Virus record (IMG/VR): IMGVR_UViG_3300033182_000451
Location: 1-25,650 of that record
Origin: a virus
Taxonomy: Duplodnaviria > Caudoviricetes
Reading direction: 5' to 3' (one strand)
Length of the DNA stretch: 25,650 nt
In this document: positions 7,378-14,937 of the stretch, piece by piece
How the letters are laid out: each line of letters starts with the position of its first letter
Position numbering within the stretch: position 1 is the stretch's first letter
The notes under the pieces: generated by a model
Told to the model about the DNA's origin: nothing
Seen by the model: only the letters and a program-made list of their open reading frames with translations
The model's database searches: none
Made by a program: the position numbers and the translations under genes

Positions 7378-7391
7378 GGGGGTGCGTGATG

Positions 7392-7583
7392 TCACAGATT
7401 CAGGGTGCGCTTAATCGTTTGCAGTTCCCATGTGGCGCGATAACTGGCGGTAACCAGTTCCGCGCATTCGGCATCGGCAGCAAGATGTTCAAGCCGCGCC
7501 AGGGCGTCGATTACCAGGTCGACCGCCCGTTCAAGACTGACGGTGCCAGCCGTCAAAGCAGGTATGAAAACAACGTTCGTCAC
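7392..7583 (-). CDS. Hypothetical 63-aa protein, antisense between cro and the CII-like gene
   Basis: Amphipathic helical composition. It fills the gap once the CII-like start is moved to 7617. Confidence 0.45.
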   Translation of the reverse strand: MTNVVFIPALTAGTVSLERAVDLVIDALARLEHLAADAECAELVTASYRATWELQTIKRTLNL

Positions 7584-7616
7584 GGTTCTTTTTTATGCCG
7601 TGAGGAGTCCAAGAAG

Positions 7617-8033
7617 TTGGAAAAGTCAGACAAGAAGGCGGAAATCCTATCCGAGATGCAAGCGCATCTGGAGGCCGCTGCGGGGCCTTATCAGCCATTT
7701 GACACGCGGGACGGGCGGTTAAACCGTGCGGCTCGCTTTCTAGGTATGACCTACCGCCGCGCCAAGTCTATCCGGTACGGCGAAGCAAAGACCATCAAGG
7801 CTGAAGAACTGGAAGCCGCACGGGAGCGCGTTGCTGGACTTGTATCCCGCAACCTGTCTCTTGCCGAGCAGTACGTGCAGTTCCTTCGCAAACAGAAAAT
7901 TGAACTGGAGACACGATATGCAAAAGGCGACCGCAGCGCTGATCTGGACCGCGACGTGGATTCCGTGGGCACTCGGCAGCCTCCTCGGTTGTATCGCAAT
8001 CCCTTTCACCTATTCGGGCGTGATGCTGATTGA
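7617..8033 (+). CDS. CII-position HTH regulator
   Basis: TTG start behind GAGGAG. RLNRAARFLGMTYRRAKSIRYGEAKTIKAEE matches HTH proteins found after cro in alphaproteobacterial phages. Confidence 0.65.
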   Translation: MEKSDKKAEILSEMQAHLEAAAGPYQPFDTRDGRLNRAARFLGMTYRRAKSIRYGEAKTIKAEELEAARERVAGLVSRNLSLAEQYVQFLRKQKIELETRYAKGDRSADLDRDVDSVGTRQPPRLYRNPFHLFGRDAD

Positions 8034-8085
8034 TTGGGCTGAGATCCATCAACAAAAGGCCAAGCGCGCTATGCAGTCCCTTTAA
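7918..8085 (+). CDS. Small membrane protein (55 aa)
   Basis: ATG 7918 behind GGAG. Hydrophobic ALIWTATWIPWALGSLLGCIAIPF; stop overlaps the rusA start. Confidence 0.55.
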   Translation: MQKATAALIWTATWIPWALGSLLGCIAIPFTYSGVMLIDWAEIHQQKAKRAMQSL

Positions 8086-8516
8086 TGCTCACGGCGCAAC
8101 CCTCAGTGCGGCTGGTAACGCAGGATCACACGGCCTTTCCCGTGAGCGCCAGACTAGACCTGCCCCTGCCGCCAAGCGTGAACACGGCCTTTGCAACGGA
8201 CTGGAAAACCAAGCGCCGGTTCAAGTCTAAGGCTTACACAGATTGGATTACAGCTGCGACGCTGGCCATGGGAGGGAATGCGCCGATGCTTGATGGTCCG
8301 GTGGTGGTCAAATACACGTTCACCAAACCGAAGAACAAAGACGGCAGCGAGAACAAGACCAAGCGCGATCTGGGCAACCTTGAAAAGCCCGTGTCTGACT
8401 TTCTGGTGAAGATGTCAGTCATTGAAGACGACTCACTTATCCAGCGCATGACGTTGTGTTGGGGAGATACGGCCAAGGGCTGTCTGGTTGAAATAGAGAG
8501 GGCGAACGATGACTGA
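8085..8516 (+). CDS. rusA: RusA-family Holliday junction resolvase
   Basis: LPPSVN, RDLGNLEKPVSD and EDDSLI motifs. Confidence 0.9.
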   Translation: MLTAQPSVRLVTQDHTAFPVSARLDLPLPPSVNTAFATDWKTKRRFKSKAYTDWITAATLAMGGNAPMLDGPVVVKYTFTKPKNKDGSENKTKRDLGNLEKPVSDFLVKMSVIEDDSLIQRMTLCWGDTAKGCLVEIERANDD

Positions 8517-8802
8517 CCTTTTTTCCTACCAACCGTCTCCCGGCAAGACAGACACAAGCGCTGCGGCTGCGGTGAAAATAGGCCGCTCTGCCGATGTCAT
8601 GCGAGAACGTGTGTACCGGCATATCGCGCAATACACAAAGACAGGGGCGACGCCGAGTGAAGTGGCGGAGGGTTTGGGCTTGGACATACTCAATGTGCGG
8701 CCCCGTGTGACTGAGCTGGTTCAAGCCGGACGGCTGACCAAAACAGACCAGCGGAGAAAGAACCGTAAGGGCAATTCAGAGTGTGTGGTGAGCGCCGCAT
8801 GA
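8509..8802 (+). CDS. Winged-helix DNA-binding protein
   Basis: TPSEVAEGLGLDILNVRPRVTELVQAG...RRKNRKG. Confidence 0.75.
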   Translation: MTDLFSYQPSPGKTDTSAAAAVKIGRSADVMRERVYRHIAQYTKTGATPSEVAEGLGLDILNVRPRVTELVQAGRLTKTDQRRKNRKGNSECVVSAA

Positions 8803-8918
8803 TCCGCTACATCACATGGTCACAGGTCATCCAATACCTATGGGACGGCTGGAAAGTCAAACCAATGAAGAACTGGCACGGCTCTCAGGGCCGCTACATT
8901 GCATGGAGGGATGAATGA
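8799..8918 (+). CDS. Hypothetical Trp-rich 39-aa protein
   Basis: ATGA overlaps at both ends. MIRYITWSQVIQYLWDGWKVKPMKNWHGSQGRYIAWRDE. Confidence 0.65.
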   Translation: MIRYITWSQVIQYLWDGWKVKPMKNWHGSQGRYIAWRDE

Positions 8919-9256
8919 AACACGGCAATGCAAAGATCGACTGGCCACGGGTGGAGCGGCTTTACGAGGCCAAACACCCATGGAAGCACATAGCCTACAT
9001 GGCGCGGTATGAGGGTGACCCTGACAAGCTGCGGGCTCAGTTCCACGCTCGCAAGCAGACTTTGCGGTTAAGGGCGGCAAAAGAGGACGCTGCGGTGCCA
9101 TGGCCCCGCCAAACCCACAACCCCGACAACCCCGACAACTGGCCCGACTACAGCACGGAAAACGTCCCCGAGAAAAGCGGTGTGCCGGTGAAGATTCAAG
9201 CGCCAGCCCATAACTACTACAGCGACCGGCCCTCAAGCGCGGGGTTCGCGGCATGA
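8915..9256 (+). CDS. Hypothetical protein, possible N-terminal HTH
   Basis: 113-aa ORF, translationally coupled on both sides. Confidence 0.65.
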   Translation: MKHGNAKIDWPRVERLYEAKHPWKHIAYMARYEGDPDKLRAQFHARKQTLRLRAAKEDAAVPWPRQTHNPDNPDNWPDYSTENVPEKSGVPVKIQAPAHNYYSDRPSSAGFAA

Positions 9257-9510
9257 GGGACTGGTTGTTACCAAAGCCAAGCGGGATGGGGCGTATAGCG
9301 CACTTTGCCCAAAGGCACGGCGTAACGGTCGATCAGCTTAAGGGCCCGCAACGCTTCAAGAAACTGGCCCATCTCCGGCAGGACCTTTACCGCGAGTTAT
9401 ACGACACGGGCCTTTATTCCATGCCGCAAATCGGCGCACTACTCGGCGACCGTGATCACACAACCGTCCTGCACGGCATACGCAAAGCAAGGGCGAGGGC
9501 GAATGACTAA
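9253..9510 (+). CDS. Stand-alone DnaA C-terminal (domain IV) HTH protein
   Basis: SMPQIGALLGDRDHTTVLHGIRK matches the DnaA domain IV signature (S.P.IG..F..RDHTTV.H). Confidence 0.88.
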   Translation: MRDWLLPKPSGMGRIAHFAQRHGVTVDQLKGPQRFKKLAHLRQDLYRELYDTGLYSMPQIGALLGDRDHTTVLHGIRKARARAND

Positions 9511-10321
9511 ACCAGATTCATGGATGCCGCTTTATATAGCGGACTACTTGGCGGACACAGCACACCTTTCGACCGAGGAGCACGGGGCCTACTTGCTGCT
9601 CATAATGCACCATTGGCATAAGGGCGCGGTGCCAAAAAATGAAAAAAAACTTGCCAAAATTGCGCGAATTTCGCACGCAAAATGGCGCAAAATTTCTGAC
9701 ACCATTCTAGAGTTTTTTGATGATGCGGGTGATGTCTTTGTGCAGCCAAGAGTCTTGGAAGAGATTGAAAAAGCTAACAAAAAATACGAAGCGCGGCGGG
9801 CTGCGGGGCAGAAAGGTGGCATAGCAAAGGCTAAGCAAAAGCGAAGCAATGCTAAAGCCGGGCTTAACCAACCACAACCACAACCACATTCTACTAACGT
9901 AGAATCCCCCCTTACCCCCCAAGAGGGGGGTATGACGATTGGCTTTCTGGAATTTTTCAGGGAGTACCCATTGCAAGTATCTCAGCGCAACGCTTGGAGA
10001 GCCTGGAAGCGGGCTAACGCGGACAGTGAGCCGATTGAGAATATTCTTTCCGCTGTGCGGGAGTACGCCGCCTCTGGGCCGGAAGAATTTGAAACGCCGT
10101 CGGCTTGGCTGGCGCGGGAACCGTGGAAGTCACGGAGGGCTGTAAACTCAGAGGCGCTAAACGCCAAATGGCGCACCAAGATCGACCATTGGCAGAAAAC
10201 CGGTGAGTGGAAATCGTTTTGGGGTCCGATGCCGGGCGAGCCTGAATGCCTTGTGCCTGCCGCGCTGATACCTAACGACATGCCGCCTATTTCAGCCTGC
10301 CTTAAGCGAGTCCGCGCATGA
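9503..10321 (+). CDS. DUF1376/YdaU-family replication initiator
   Basis: WMPLYIADYLADTAHLSTEEHGAYLLL N-terminus, AGQKGG, PQPQ linker, PLTPQ, FLEFFREYP C-terminal domain. Start reassigned to ATG 9503. Confidence 0.85.
   Translation: MTKPDSWMPLYIADYLADTAHLSTEEHGAYLLLIMHHWHKGAVPKNEKKLAKIARISHAKWRKISDTILEFFDDAGDVFVQPRVLEEIEKANKKYEARRAAGQKGGIAKAKQKRSNAKAGLNQPQPQPHSTNVESPLTPQEGGMTIGFLEFFREYPLQVSQRNAWRAWKRANADSEPIENILSAVREYAASGPEEFETPSAWLAREPWKSRRAVNSEALNAKWRTKIDHWQKTGEWKSFWGPMPGEPECLVPAALIPNDMPPISACLKRVRA
9821..9858. repeat. Putative origin iterons inside the initiator gene
   Basis: AGCAA at 9823, 9834 and 9845 (11-bp period: ATAGCAAAGGC/TAAGCAAAAGC/GAAGCAATGCT). Confidence 0.5.
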
Positions 10322-10437
10322 AAGTCTGTGAACCTAACTGCCCTGGTTATCTCGTTCTCAAGGACGCAGCCAGTGGCCCTGACAAGACCATACCGTGCCC
10401 CAAGTGCGCCACGAAAAACGCGAAGGTGAAGGGATGA
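10318..10437 (+). CDS. 39-aa Zn-ribbon peptide
   Basis: ATGA-coupled. MKVCEPNCPGYLVLKDAASGPDKTIPCPKCATKNAKVKG (CxxxC...CPKC). Confidence 0.6.
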   Translation: MKVCEPNCPGYLVLKDAASGPDKTIPCPKCATKNAKVKG

Positions 10438-10482
10438 GCGAACGCCCAAAATGGCCAAGTTTTTAACCCTTTGGAGACACAT

Positions 10483-10962
10483 ATGCCCAAGACCAAGGCG
10501 CAGAAGCAGCGGGACTATCGGGACCGGAAGCGGGAGGATGCCAAAGCGATTCAAGCGTTAAAGGACAGGCAGGAGCGTATGAGCGGCCACCCCGACCTGC
10601 CTAACGACCCTCTGGGGTGGTGCTTGGGACACGGCCACATAACCCGCGCGCAATACGATGCCGGGCGGCTGTTCTGCCAAGTGTACTGCACCGTTTACCG
10701 CAAGCCGTTCCCGGCCTGTGTAAGCATGGAGGTGGAAAAGCGCGGCTACAGCCAAGAGGAAACGGTATTGGACCGGGAGTGCAAAGCTATTCTGGACGCC
10801 ATGACAAAGCGGCTTAAGCGATTTTCACGGCAAACCTATGACGCGGTGTGCAACGCGGCGGTGTACGAAAGCCTAAACCGGGGCAGGCCAAACCACATCC
10901 AGCGGCTGCGCCACGGGCTTGAATTGATTGAGGAAGTAAATAGCGCGAGGGTTGCGGCATGA
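10483..10962 (+). CDS. Q-position late regulator / antiterminator candidate (DUF6456-like)
   Basis: Last early gene before the late promoter. DPLGW...ITRAQYDAGRLF and LRHGLELI motifs. ATG 10483 behind GGAG. Confidence 0.6.
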   Translation: MPKTKAQKQRDYRDRKREDAKAIQALKDRQERMSGHPDLPNDPLGWCLGHGHITRAQYDAGRLFCQVYCTVYRKPFPACVSMEVEKRGYSQEETVLDRECKAILDAMTKRLKRFSRQTYDAVCNAAVYESLNRGRPNHIQRLRHGLELIEEVNSARVAA

Positions 10963-11024
10963 TTCAGGCGGCGCAACCACGGAACCCGAAAAGTTTCGTC
11001 ACACCGGTCCAGTACTGACACCCC

Positions 11025-11048
11025 GGCACTTTTGGCACTTTGGCACTT
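11025..11048. repeat. Three tandem GGCACTT repeats upstream of the late promoter
   Basis: GGCACTT at 11025, 11034 and 11042. Confidence 0.7.
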
Positions 11049-11128
11049 CGCGTCTTTTTTTGACTTGGCCTCTGGTTTTGCCGCAAATGAAGCGATTGCC
11101 GCAGCCTTTTCCCGAGGCATACGAGCGA

Positions 11129-11164
11129 ATATTAGTTGACGCTAATATAAAAAAGCGTTACCTT
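11129..11164 (+). promoter_or_regulatory. Late (PR'-like) sigma70 promoter with a palindrome around the -35
   Basis: TTGACG (11136-11141), 17 nt, TACCTT (11159-11164). ATATTAG/CTAATAT inverted repeat flanks the -35 exactly. Confidence 0.72.
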
Positions 11165-11187
11165 TGCTGAAATCGAACCAGTTTAAG

Positions 11188-11220
11188 AGGCCTGTGGACC
11201 AGATCTGCGGGCCTTTTTCT
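11188..11220 (+). terminator. tR'-like intrinsic terminator
   Basis: AGGCCTGTGGA-CCAGA-TCTGCGGGCCT (with G-U pairs) followed by TTTTCT. Confidence 0.65.
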
Positions 11221-11293
11221 ATTCCCCACCCACCGCAACAACATACGCTCGTGACCACAGAGGCGGCTAGAGGTGGGGACTTACACGGACACA

Positions 11294-11539
11294 ATGACCA
11301 AAACTCTGCGCGGCCAGCGCTATGGCCGGTTGACCGTCCTGCGTTGGCTACGGCGCACCAAGAACTCTGAAATGATTGTTGAGGCTGAGTGCGACTGCGG
11401 GACACGTAAAGAGGTGGTCTTGTCCAACCTAAAGAGCGGCAACACCAAGTCATGCGGGTGCTTGCAGAGAGAGATAGCGTCATGGACCCAACTCAACCGC
11501 CTGGGATTGGCTGGTTCGTCGCGGCCTTCGGCGGATTGA
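11294..11539 (+). CDS. Single CDCG/SCGC Zn-binding module of phage HNH/AP2-associated proteins; possible homing endonuclease remnant
   Basis: GQRYGRLTVL...ECDCGTRKEV...LKSGNTKSCGCL; no nuclease domain follows. Confidence 0.7.
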   Translation: MTKTLRGQRYGRLTVLRWLRRTKNSEMIVEAECDCGTRKEVVLSNLKSGNTKSCGCLQREIASWTQLNRLGLAGSSRPSAD

Positions 11540-11543
11540 TTGT

Positions 11544-12797
11544 ATGGGCTCTGATCTTCGTGACCTTGAGTTAGCGGCCCGAGCGTCCATCTGGGACACT
11601 GACGAAGCCAAACGGCTGTATCTGAGGTTACTGCGGCGCTGCTTTGACCGGCTCCCGCCGTTGCGAAAATACCCTGTGCGCCCCAAGCGAGAGCGCCGGG
11701 TGGAAAAAATTCTGTACCTGCCCATTGAGGTATCTGCTCGCGAGTTACCGTCTAAGGAATGGCTAGCCCAGCAAATGGACGGCTGGCACGTGGTTATTGG
11801 TGCTCGCTGGCCGATGCAGTGCGATTGGATTGACCAGCCGCCCGGTGTGGTGCTGATGAAAACGGCCAACTCTCAAGACGTTGGCATGTTCCAAGAAGCC
11901 GTGGATGCGGGTCACTTAATCGCGGTGCTGGACGAAGAAATGTTCGGCATCAAGCCGGACCCGGACTTGTACGACATATCCTTGGACAAGGACGCGCTGG
12001 GTCTCGCTGACCTGATATGCGCTCAGTCTGAGGAACAGGCCGAGATATACCGGAACCTGACCGACACGCCTGTAGAAATCACGGGCAACCCGAGAACATT
12101 GCTTGCAGAGCCAGCGGAGCGCGGTGATCGGGTTATCATTTGCACCATGGCGGGGACAATAAACAACTATGGCCGCAGCTTCTTTGACATGGTTGAAACA
12201 ACAGTAAGAGTGCTTGGCGATAACGGCGGACGGGCATTTGACCTTCTTGCCGAATCAATCTGCCACGAGATTGACTTGGCTCCCGTGGTTCGCAGAGCCG
12301 TACAGCAGCTGCAGAAGGCGGGCAAGGACTGTCTCATACGGACGCATCCTGTTGAGGACCCTTCGCTGTGGTCCGAATTTGGAGAGATTGATGACCGTTC
12401 CGCATTTAGCGAGCGGTTGAATGACGCTGCTTGCGTTGTGTTCTGTTCGGGATGTGGCACCGGCCTTGAGGCGGCTTTGGCTAACGTCCCATCGGTACGG
12501 TTAGGAAGCGGAGGGCATGGCGTCAGTCAGACTTTGGGAACCACCCATGAGAACGTGGTGGAAGCGGTTAAGCAGGCCGTTCCAACGCCTGTGCCTAAGA
12601 CGGACGTAACGCTCCCCGATGCACTTAAACGACTACAGGCGGCGCACAGTTTCGAGTGCCCTTATTTTGATATTCCGACAGCCTACGAAAGCAAGTCTTG
12701 GAAACCACAGCCGTTCCACGAGAACAAAATGAGCAGACTGCCGCTTGGGCAGCCAATCTCGTGGATGACCTCCTACTTGACACCGAACCCCTCTTAA
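11544..12797 (+). CDS. GT-B-fold surface carbohydrate biosynthesis-type protein (putative glycosyltransferase)
   Basis: ILYLPIEVSAREL, VLDEE, ITGNPR, IRTHPVE and GTGLEAAL motifs, typical of bacterial surface-polysaccharide GT-B proteins. Confidence 0.7.
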   Translation: MGSDLRDLELAARASIWDTDEAKRLYLRLLRRCFDRLPPLRKYPVRPKRERRVEKILYLPIEVSARELPSKEWLAQQMDGWHVVIGARWPMQCDWIDQPPGVVLMKTANSQDVGMFQEAVDAGHLIAVLDEEMFGIKPDPDLYDISLDKDALGLADLICAQSEEQAEIYRNLTDTPVEITGNPRTLLAEPAERGDRVIICTMAGTINNYGRSFFDMVETTVRVLGDNGGRAFDLLAESICHEIDLAPVVRRAVQQLQKAGKDCLIRTHPVEDPSLWSEFGEIDDRSAFSERLNDAACVVFCSGCGTGLEAALANVPSVRLGSGGHGVSQTLGTTHENVVEAVKQAVPTPVPKTDVTLPDALKRLQAAHSFECPYFDIPTAYESKSWKPQPFHENKMSRLPLGQPISWMTSYLTPNPS

Positions 12798-13711
12798 CCG
12801 GCGATTTGCCGGAGGTTACGTCCCTTGGCACGCCTTTAGAGGAAAGCGGCTTACAGAAGGGGGGAGGGTGGCTGCTGTTCTGGGAGTTGGTTGAGCGCGT
12901 TCGCGCCTCAATTAGCTACGACATGCCGGAATTGTCCGAGTATCGGAACAAGTGGCATGGCCAAACAGCGCTCATCTGTGGGGGCGGCCCCTCGATCGCG
13001 CGCGACGTCAAGACCATACGCAAACTCGCCAAGAAGGGCGGGAAGATATGGGCGGTGAACAAAACGCACGACTGGTTAATCAGTAAGGCGCTGCCGCCCT
13101 GGGGTGCGTGCCTACTGGACCCCAAGCCGAGGGTTGCGAACTACATACAGAAGCCCACGAAAAACACGCTGTACTTTCTGGCGAGCCAGTGCGACCCAGA
13201 AGTGTTTAAGCGCTTCGAGAAGCACAACGCGGTGCTGTGGCACGCTGGCGTGAACTACTACAACCAATTCTGGCCTATTCCGTTGCTCAAGGCCGAATGT
13301 AAGAAACCGTTTAGCGTTATCCCCGGCCCAACGACTGTAGGGCTGCGGTCCATCATTCTTCTGTACGAGCTAGGATTCAGAAAGTTCCACCTGTTCGGCA
13401 TGGATTCAAGCATGGAGCATGGCAAGCTGCACGCTTACCCGAAAGAGAAGATGGAAGGTGTTGGCGAGGAGTGGGTACGGCTCCAGCAATGGCGCGGACA
13501 CCAAGACTTTTACACCAACGCACACATGGCAAAACAACTACTGGACTTTGACAAGCTGACAGACGATTTGGCCGAGCGCATGAAGGCAAGGCAGATCGAG
13601 CCGGTGGACATCACGGTGCACGGCGACGGCTTACTGCCGAGCTTTGCCGCCAAGATGGGCTTGCACGCAGACCACGACATGAATAACCGCTGGATGCGGA
13701 GAACATTCTAA
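12698..13711 (+). CDS. Maf/DUF115 (MptE-like) domain protein, putative glycosyltransferase; true start uncertain (possibly GTG 12761)
   Basis: ALICGGGPSI, IWAVNKTH, LLDP, LASQC, PTTVGLR and LGFRKFHLFGMDSS motifs. Confidence 0.75.
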   Translation: METTAVPREQNEQTAAWAANLVDDLLLDTEPLLTGDLPEVTSLGTPLEESGLQKGGGWLLFWELVERVRASISYDMPELSEYRNKWHGQTALICGGGPSIARDVKTIRKLAKKGGKIWAVNKTHDWLISKALPPWGACLLDPKPRVANYIQKPTKNTLYFLASQCDPEVFKRFEKHNAVLWHAGVNYYNQFWPIPLLKAECKKPFSVIPGPTTVGLRSIILLYELGFRKFHLFGMDSSMEHGKLHAYPKEKMEGVGEEWVRLQQWRGHQDFYTNAHMAKQLLDFDKLTDDLAERMKARQIEPVDITVHGDGLLPSFAAKMGLHADHDMNNRWMRRTF

Positions 13712-13740
13712 CAGCGAACAACCTTAGAGGAATCGCTACA

Positions 13741-14937
13741 ATGGGCGCTAAAGCCAAAATAGACACCATAAAAGCAATATCTGTTAATGAACTAATTCCC
13801 TACGCGGGAAACGCTAGAACGCATGATGAGGCACAGGTTGCACAGATTGCGGCAAGCATTAAGGAGTTTGGCTTTAACAACCCGGTCCTGATTGATGAGG
13901 ACAGGGGGATTATCGCAGGTCACGGCAGGCTAGAGGCTGCAAAGCTATTAGGGCTGACTGAGGTGCCCACGATTACGCTGGCACACCTAACGCCCGCCCA
14001 ACGCAAGGCGTACATACTCGCTGACAATAAGCTGGCCCTGAATGCGGGCTGGGATCTGCAAACCCTACAGGCTGAGTTAGAGGGGCTGCAGGAACTAGAC
14101 TTCGACTTATCGCTAACCGGCTTCGATGAAAGCGAACTAGCCGGGCTGCTTGATAAGACGGAGGGGCTAACAGACCCGGACGACGTGCCGGAAGCACCAG
14201 AGACGCCAATCACTGAGTTAGGTGATGTGTGGACACTAGGCCGACACCGGCTTGTATGCGGTGACTGCACGGACGCTCTGGTGGTTGAGAAGTGCCTGGA
14301 TGGCGTAAGTCCGCACCTGATGGTCACAGACCCGCCCTATGGGGTGGAGTATGACCCGAGTTGGCGGGCAGACGCTTGCGTTAATAAAAACACCCAGAAA
14401 ATGGGTAAGGTTGAGAATGACGACCGTGCAGATTGGCGTGAGGCTTGGGCCTTATTTCCAGGGGCTGTGGCCTATGTCTGGCACGCTGGTAAGTATGCCA
14501 ACGTTGTGTGTGATTCGCTTGAGGTTAATGACTTTGAGATACGAAACCAGATCATTTGGGTAAAGGATCGCTTTGCACTAAGCCGGGGTCACTACCATTG
14601 GCAACATGAGGCTTGCTGGTATGCGGTGCGGGGATCTGTTGCGAACTGGTGTGGTGACCGTTCTCAATCTACAGTGTGGCAGATCAAGTCCCGCGATGAC
14701 AGTGGAGTAGGTCACGGCACCCAGAAGCCCGTTGAATGCATGAAGCGGCCTATAGAGAACAACTCAAGCCCTGGGCAGGCGATATACGAGCCATTCAGTG
14801 GGTCAGGCACAACTATCATCGCAGCGGAGATGACAGGCCGCTGCTGTTACGCAATCGAGTTAAACCCAGCTTATGTAGATGTCGCTGTAAAGCGATGGGA
14901 GGACTTCACAGGCGAGAAGGCGGTGCGGAATGCCTAA
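13741..14937 (+). CDS. ParB/Srx-domain-fused N6A/N4C DNA methyltransferase (beta class)
   Basis: N-terminal PYAGNARTH...IIAGHGRLEAA...ADNKL; catalytic TDPPY precedes HGTQKPV and SAM-binding EPFSGSGTT. Confidence 0.93.
   Translation: MGAKAKIDTIKAISVNELIPYAGNARTHDEAQVAQIAASIKEFGFNNPVLIDEDRGIIAGHGRLEAAKLLGLTEVPTITLAHLTPAQRKAYILADNKLALNAGWDLQTLQAELEGLQELDFDLSLTGFDESELAGLLDKTEGLTDPDDVPEAPETPITELGDVWTLGRHRLVCGDCTDALVVEKCLDGVSPHLMVTDPPYGVEYDPSWRADACVNKNTQKMGKVENDDRADWREAWALFPGAVAYVWHAGKYANVVCDSLEVNDFEIRNQIIWVKDRFALSRGHYHWQHEACWYAVRGSVANWCGDRSQSTVWQIKSRDDSGVGHGTQKPVECMKRPIENNSSPGQAIYEPFSGSGTTIIAAEMTGRCCYAIELNPAYVDVAVKRWEDFTGEKAVRNA

Noticed and set aside
7386-7616. N-terminal 77 codons of the 215-aa ORF in the track
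   Set aside because: A good RBS and the family-like sequence begin at TTG 7617. The extension overlaps a plausible antisense gene.
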